In this document: positions 25,966 to 30,048 of the stretch, piece after piece
Layout: every line of letters begins with the position of its first letter
Position numbering within the stretch: the first letter of the stretch is position 1
DNA from: a virus
Taxonomy: Duplodnaviria; Heunggongvirae; Uroviricota; Caudoviricetes
Length of the DNA: 30,048 nucleotides
Virus record (IMG/VR): IMGVR_UViG_2681813263_000016
Direction: 5' to 3' (one strand)
The notes under the pieces: generated by a model
Database searches by the model: none
What the model saw: only the letters and a program-made list of their open reading frames with translations
What the model was told of the DNA's origin: nothing
Translations under genes and position numbers: made by a program

Positions 25966-26916
25966 CTACCAGTTCAGTAACCTGGGGTTGCTGTAAGCCT
26001 CCTTAAAAGCCGCTTTAATGTGACTTTTATTCAGGGATGTGCCTGCACCTTTTGCCGCCAGCCACGCATGATTCAGTGTGTGAGTTAATACACGCAATCC
26101 CCCGGGCTTTTCGGCTACCCTCATCAGCAGGTCCAGCTCATCTTCCTGTGTTACTCCCCATGCTTTGGCTACAGCCATCACATCGGTCTTTTTTACTTTG
26201 CGCAGTTGTTTTGTCATGGCAAAACGGCTGAACAGACGGGCCAGTTCATCAGTCCCACGACGGGTGGCATCCGCCATCTGTTTCGGGTTGCCAATTAAAA
26301 CCATCCCCACGCCAGTGGCATCCTGAATGGCGCGTAATTGCTCCAGACCATCCACACTTAAGTGATCAGCTTCATCAATAATCAGAAGGGGGTTAACACG
26401 GCCACTGGTTTCTTTACCACCACCCAGTTTTCTGCGAATGGCGCGGGTTATATTCCCCTTATTTCTTCCCGGATTATTAATTTCCAGCGCATATGCTATT
26501 TCAAGGAGGCATTCCGTTACGCTCGAATGTGCCGGAGCAAGAGTCACCATCCAGGCATTAGCTGTCCTGCGACAATATTCCCGGGCAGCAAAGGTTTTTC
26601 CGACACCCGGTACGCCAACAACGACACTGATAATCCCGAGTGAGCGCACTGTTTTAAACAGCTCATGCAAATCACAAAATGTCTGGGTCTTCACAACACC
26701 AGGGGTACCTGACAAGTTCTGTCCCTTCTGCCAGACCTGATACCATTTCTGTAATTTGTCATGCATACCTTCGACATTACCGTTGTACTCTCCTTTACGC
26801 AGAGCCGAGAGTGTTGCCGGAGACATTCCGGCTTCATCAGCAATATCTTCCTGAGACTTGTCGCCCTCGTTAATCAAAGCGTTAATAGTGTTGAAAACAT
26901 CATCAATATCAGTCAT
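25966..26916 (-). CDS. B: AAA+ ATPase, MuB-like target-DNA activator
   Basis: 316-aa ORF; Walker A GVPGVGKT and a Walker B-like LLIIDEADHL; N-terminal HTH-like region; directly downstream of the transposase. Confidence 0.85.
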   Translation of the reverse strand: MTDIDDVFNTINALINEGDKSQEDIADEAGMSPATLSALRKGEYNGNVEGMHDKLQKWYQVWQKGQNLSGTPGVVKTQTFCDLHELFKTVRSLGIISVVVGVPGVGKTFAAREYCRRTANAWMVTLAPAHSSVTECLLEIAYALEINNPGRNKGNITRAIRRKLGGGKETSGRVNPLLIIDEADHLSVDGLEQLRAIQDATGVGMVLIGNPKQMADATRRGTDELARLFSRFAMTKQLRKVKKTDVMAVAKAWGVTQEDELDLLMRVAEKPGGLRVLTHTLNHAWLAAKGAGTSLNKSHIKAAFKEAYSNPRLLNW

Positions 26917-26960
26917 AGTATTTCCTCGGTTATTTCAAATCAGCTTTGTTTCCTTTATTT

Positions 26961-26993
26961 AACAGTCCGTTCCCGCGGACTGTTTTTTTATTC
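26961..26993 (+). terminator. plus-strand terminator-like hairpin in the A-B intergenic spacer (AACAGTCCG-ttcccg-CGGACTGTT then TTTTTTTATT)
   Basis: Seen: perfect 9-bp stem, 6-nt loop, T-tract on the + strand only, i.e. antisense to the early operon. Confidence 0.35.
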
Positions 26994-29088
26994 AGGCCAG
27001 CGGATCATCTTCTTCCTGCATGGCAAAAAGTTTTTGCATCCCCAGCCGGAAATCGCGTTCAAATTCTTCGTCATGCTCTTCTTCATATTCCGGTTGCTGA
27101 ACTGCCACCACATTACCAACCGGGCGATAAACATTACTCAGCCAGGGTTCAGCCTGTTTGTGTTCCAGAATCTGAATACCTTCATCTTCAGCATCACGAA
27201 TTTTTTCCTCAGCGCGTTTGCGCATTCCTTTAATACGCTGCTGTTGTTTGTGATATTCAGCACTGACAGCAAAGGCTGCGCGTTTATTGCCGTTCCATAT
27301 CGCCTCACAGATAAAGCTGCCGTCCTTGCGACGTACCGTAATTCGCTCGGCGTCATGAATGTCATAACTGATAAGCACTTTGCGACCGTGTTCGTCACGC
27401 AACTCCGGCGCGTAGTAAATATTGTTCAGCCACTGAATTTCGCAGCGTCTTACCGGTCGTTCCACCATTGGGCGGAACATGTCGCGCAGCTCAAGATCAC
27501 TCAGCCACTCAATTTCGGTGTCTTCTTCTGCCAGGCGTTTTTTTCTGAACTCTGTCGGGCTGTAATGCCGTCCGTTCGGTTTCATCGGCAGCTCAGAATG
27601 CGGGCGGTTGTTGTACCATTCCACGCCTTCACGAATAGCCTCAATAAGCTCCGCCCACGATGGCAGCTCGCGCATTGCCGCTTTCTGGCGGTCGTTCAGA
27701 GGCTTGTCCTGTTGCAGGGCGTTAAACGCTGAACGCAGATCACGGTTAAGTACACGCAACGATTCCCGGTCAGCACCCTTGCCAAAATAGGTGCGATACC
27801 TCCTGGCTATACGCATCGGCAGTGTCCGGTTCAGGCGTTCAATAATGCCGCGTCCCTGTGGATTACCGGCAATACCGGTAGGGTGTTTAATCCCCAGGCG
27901 TGGCAGAATACCCACGACCTCTTTGTCCAGCATGTCAGCCGTTTCACCGGAACCGTTATCCGAGTAATACAGGAACGGTTTTCCGTGGTTGCGAATGCCG
28001 TGCTGTATCGCACCGGCAACGGCGAACACGTTTTCGGCAAGGTCAAGACTCCAGCCAACAACAAACCGTGTTCCACCATCGATCACAAACGTGACTTCCG
28101 GTGAGAATGGACGCCCGTGGATCGGATGCGCACATTTCAGCTTCATACCGTGACCGTCACCAATCCAGACATAATTCACCGGCATAGCTGTCCAGTCGCG
28201 GCGGGTGAATCCTTCAAGCTGACGGTATTCACTGCCGGTAACGCGCCCTTTTTGTCTCACCACTTCCGGCAGTTTTTTCATGGCATACCGGACAACATCA
28301 TAGGAAGGCATCACCTCCAGCATGTACGGTTCGTCCGCATGGCGACGCTGCCATTCTGCGACAAAATCCTCGTAGGCTTCTGACATGGGTCTGCCGTTCA
28401 CCTGCCGATACTGCGCCAGAAATTCAGGCAGCCAGCTGATTTCTTCCGGTTTTATTTCGTCGCGTTTTCCCGGTGCCAGTAACAGCAGCCGTTCGGCGGC
28501 GTTCTGCGACTGGTTGTATTTCAGAACCCACTGGTAAAGTGGATCGCGGCTGATAGTACGATTAGCGCCACGTTTTGCATTGGCGTTAACTGCGGCCTGT
28601 TGCAGGCGCTCCGGCAGCTCACCTTTACGGGCTTTTTCAACAAGAAAGTTAATGGCTTTCAGTCGCCCGAGGTTACCGGCGCTTTCCAGCTTCAGCACTT
28701 CCACCACCAGCGCAGCTCTTGCTTCAGATACCCGGCGCTGGTTTTCGGTCAGCGCATTCAGGCGTTCTTCCATCAGTTGTGGAGAACCGCGATATGCTTC
28801 GATTGCCTGGACAGCGTCAGGATTGCGTGTTTTTCTGGTAACAGCTTTCACTTCAGAAACATTGTTCTCTGTAGCCACCAGCTGTTCCACATAGCGTTCA
28901 CGCAGTGCCTTTCGTGTTATTTCAGGCAGACAATCAATGTGGTACTCAATGGCTTTTGTGCCTTCCCGACGGCGACTAACGTCACCAAGATCACGAGAAA
29001 AACGCTGTAACGCCTGTCGGATGCCTTTTGTGGTGGCTGGCATTCCTGGTACGCCGAGCAGGTCATTTACGGTAACGTACGACTGCAT
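26992..29088 (-). CDS. A: DDE transposase, MuA-like
   Basis: ORF 26992-29157; start placed at the ATG 1 nt after the ner stop (MQSYVTVNDLLGVPGMPATTKGIR...); N-terminal ...GTKAIEYHIDCLP... resembles the MuA winged-helix; catalytic-core-like motifs ...YVWIGDGHGMKLK... and ...YYSDNGSGETADMLD...; ner-A-B order. Confidence 0.9.
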   Translation of the reverse strand: MQSYVTVNDLLGVPGMPATTKGIRQALQRFSRDLGDVSRRREGTKAIEYHIDCLPEITRKALRERYVEQLVATENNVSEVKAVTRKTRNPDAVQAIEAYRGSPQLMEERLNALTENQRRVSEARAALVVEVLKLESAGNLGRLKAINFLVEKARKGELPERLQQAAVNANAKRGANRTISRDPLYQWVLKYNQSQNAAERLLLLAPGKRDEIKPEEISWLPEFLAQYRQVNGRPMSEAYEDFVAEWQRRHADEPYMLEVMPSYDVVRYAMKKLPEVVRQKGRVTGSEYRQLEGFTRRDWTAMPVNYVWIGDGHGMKLKCAHPIHGRPFSPEVTFVIDGGTRFVVGWSLDLAENVFAVAGAIQHGIRNHGKPFLYYSDNGSGETADMLDKEVVGILPRLGIKHPTGIAGNPQGRGIIERLNRTLPMRIARRYRTYFGKGADRESLRVLNRDLRSAFNALQQDKPLNDRQKAAMRELPSWAELIEAIREGVEWYNNRPHSELPMKPNGRHYSPTEFRKKRLAEEDTEIEWLSDLELRDMFRPMVERPVRRCEIQWLNNIYYAPELRDEHGRKVLISYDIHDAERITVRRKDGSFICEAIWNGNKRAAFAVSAEYHKQQQRIKGMRKRAEEKIRDAEDEGIQILEHKQAEPWLSNVYRPVGNVVAVQQPEYEEEHDEEFERDFRLGMQKLFAMQEEDDPLA

Positions 29089-29089
29089 A

Positions 29090-29341
29090 TCACGACACCT
29101 TCCTGATAAATCCATCGTTACGATACCGGCTGGGCCAGATGATTTCTGGCGGTACACCTATAGCGTCAGAAATTACGCGTTCGTATTTTTTGTTTGGTGT
29201 GCGAACTACCGCTTTCAGTGAATCCTGAGCATAACCAGCATGGAGTGAAAGCTCCCGGAAGGAAGACCACCCGTTATCTTTGAGCGCCAGCTGAATCTTC
29301 AGCGAAGGCCAATCGCGGTCACTATCTTCTCTTTGTCTCAT
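29090..29341 (-). CDS. ner: Ner-like DNA-binding early regulator
   Basis: 83-aa ORF divergent from the repressor; C-terminal ...PPEIIWPSRY... is the Ner-family signature as I recall it. Confidence 0.8.
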   Translation of the reverse strand: MRQREDSDRDWPSLKIQLALKDNGWSSFRELSLHAGYAQDSLKAVVRTPNKKYERVISDAIGVPPEIIWPSRYRNDGFIRKVS

Positions 29342-29532
29342 CTTTCCTTTAACCTACAAAATTACCCGCGCGGATATCCGGTCGGATATCCGTATGGATA
29401 AAATCGTAGATCAACCAAAGTACCAATGCAAGGTATTTTGGTTGATTTTGCGGTGATTTGTTTTTCCCTTTCCAATTCAATTGGATACAAGGAAAAGAAC
29501 CTTTATACAGAAAAATACCTGGAGGTACTTTT
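29342..29532. promoter_or_regulatory. divergent early/repressor promoter-operator region
   Basis: Seen: palindromic decamer CGGATATCCG twice as direct repeats 12 bp apart (29371-29380, 29383-29392); 14-bp-arm inverted repeat TCAACCAAAGTACC / GGTATTTTGGTTGA (29411-29445); CCAATT-c-AATTGG (29472-29484); AT-rich. Established: Mu-type phages hold operators and divergent promoters between c and ner. Confidence 0.55.
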
Positions 29533-30048
29533 ATGGAGCAGACAAAAGAACCCGTAGCAAAGCGTATAGATGTTCTTATCAGGCGCTATCCTTCGAGAAG
29601 CGCAGCCGCTAGGGCATGGGGCATAAATACCAACACATTAAAGAGTTATTTCAGGAAAACAGGCGATACCCCAGAGCCACGAGAAAATGTATTACTGCGC
29701 ATTGCTGAACATGAGAAGGTGGATCTTGATTGGCTAAAAACCGGAAGAGGGAAATCACCCAGCATACCCAAATCAACCACAAAGGGTGAAAGTGACCAAT
29801 TAACCGAAATGCTCTCGTTTCTTACTAGTGAAGAACGAGAGGCTCTTACCAGCATGTTCGCAAGGAAAGGCGTTGAAACGGTACTACGCTTATTGGACAA
29901 AGATACTCAAGAACTGCTGCAACTAGAGGGTCGTAAACGCCTAGCAGCATTGATGTTGGTTGATATGCCCGACGAGCAAGTCAGAGAGATTTTGGAAGAA
30001 ATTGAAGCAAGTATTCTCTCGCACAGCGTAAAAGCAAAGGCAGGTTGA
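29533..30048 (+). CDS. c: prophage immunity repressor (c position), XRE/CI-like HTH N-terminus
   Basis: ORF 29458-30048; start placed at the ATG 7 nt after GGAGG (MEQTKEPVAKR...); HTH-like ...SRSAAARAWGINTNTLKSYFRK...; divergent from ner; C-terminal ...AALMLVDMPDEQVREILEEIE... loosely recalls the Mu c C-terminus. The window ends exactly at its stop codon. Confidence 0.6.
   Translation: MEQTKEPVAKRIDVLIRRYPSRSAAARAWGINTNTLKSYFRKTGDTPEPRENVLLRIAEHEKVDLDWLKTGRGKSPSIPKSTTKGESDQLTEMLSFLTSEEREALTSMFARKGVETVLRLLDKDTQELLQLEGRKRLAALMLVDMPDEQVREILEEIEASILSHSVKAKAG

Larger units (their letters stand above)
1..30048 (-). mobile_element. Mu-like transposable prophage, partial; both phage ends and host junctions lie outside the window
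   Basis: Seen: gene order repressor / ner / DDE transposase A / AAA+ B / gam / gemA / Mor-family activator / lysis / terminase / portal / F / I / T / sheath / tube / tape measure / N / P / baseplate / tail fibre, all co-oriented on the minus strand with overlapping stop-start junctions. Established: this order is the hallmark of phage Mu and relatives. Confidence 0.85.

Noticed and set aside
26761-27732. 323-aa plus-strand ORF
   Set aside because: Antisense to the B and A genes and spanning their spacer; hydrophobic low-complexity translation, no RBS; A and B have far stronger motif support.
29458-29532. Upstream extension of the repressor ORF (start at 29458, MFFPFQFNWIQ...)
   Set aside because: No RBS, and it would run through the operator repeats; the ATG at 29533 has a GGAGG 7 nt upstream.
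1-30048. Prophage ends or att sites, tRNA or rRNA genes
   Set aside because: The window starts inside the tail-fibre gene and ends at the repressor stop codon, so both phage ends are outside it; I saw no tRNA- or rRNA-like sequence on either strand by eye, though no scanning tool was run.

Overview
Almost the whole 30,048-bp window is a Mu-like transposable prophage lying in reverse orientation, so nearly every gene is on the minus strand. Reading right to left: an immunity repressor (+ strand, 29533-30048) divergent from ner, transposase A and the AAA+ target-DNA activator B; an early accessory block of small genes around gam (~22.2-25.95 kb) ending in gemA and a Mor/C-family activator; a lysis module; terminase, portal and head genes (F, I protease/scaffold, T major capsid); then a Mu-type contractile tail and baseplate block ending in the first 154 codons of a tail-fibre gene that runs off the left edge. 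Neither prophage end nor any host flank is in the window. I found no rRNA, tRNA, CRISPR array or IS element. All calls rest on the supplied ORF translations, gene order and by-eye motif recognition; no database search was run. The most interesting signals are: (1) an identical 26-bp hairpin-plus-T-tract element sitting 60-70 nt upstream of the first gene of both the lysis and the head operon, with no separate C-type activator gene; (2) AT-rich accessory islands in the early region, including a small opposite-strand gene (22273-22539) embedded in the early operon; (3) a repressor whose N-terminus looks unrelated to the transposase DNA-binding domain; (4) a 30-N gap that breaks the sheath gene. 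I could not identify any known defence or anti-defence family other than Gam; the hypothetical early genes are the best candidates for something undescribed.
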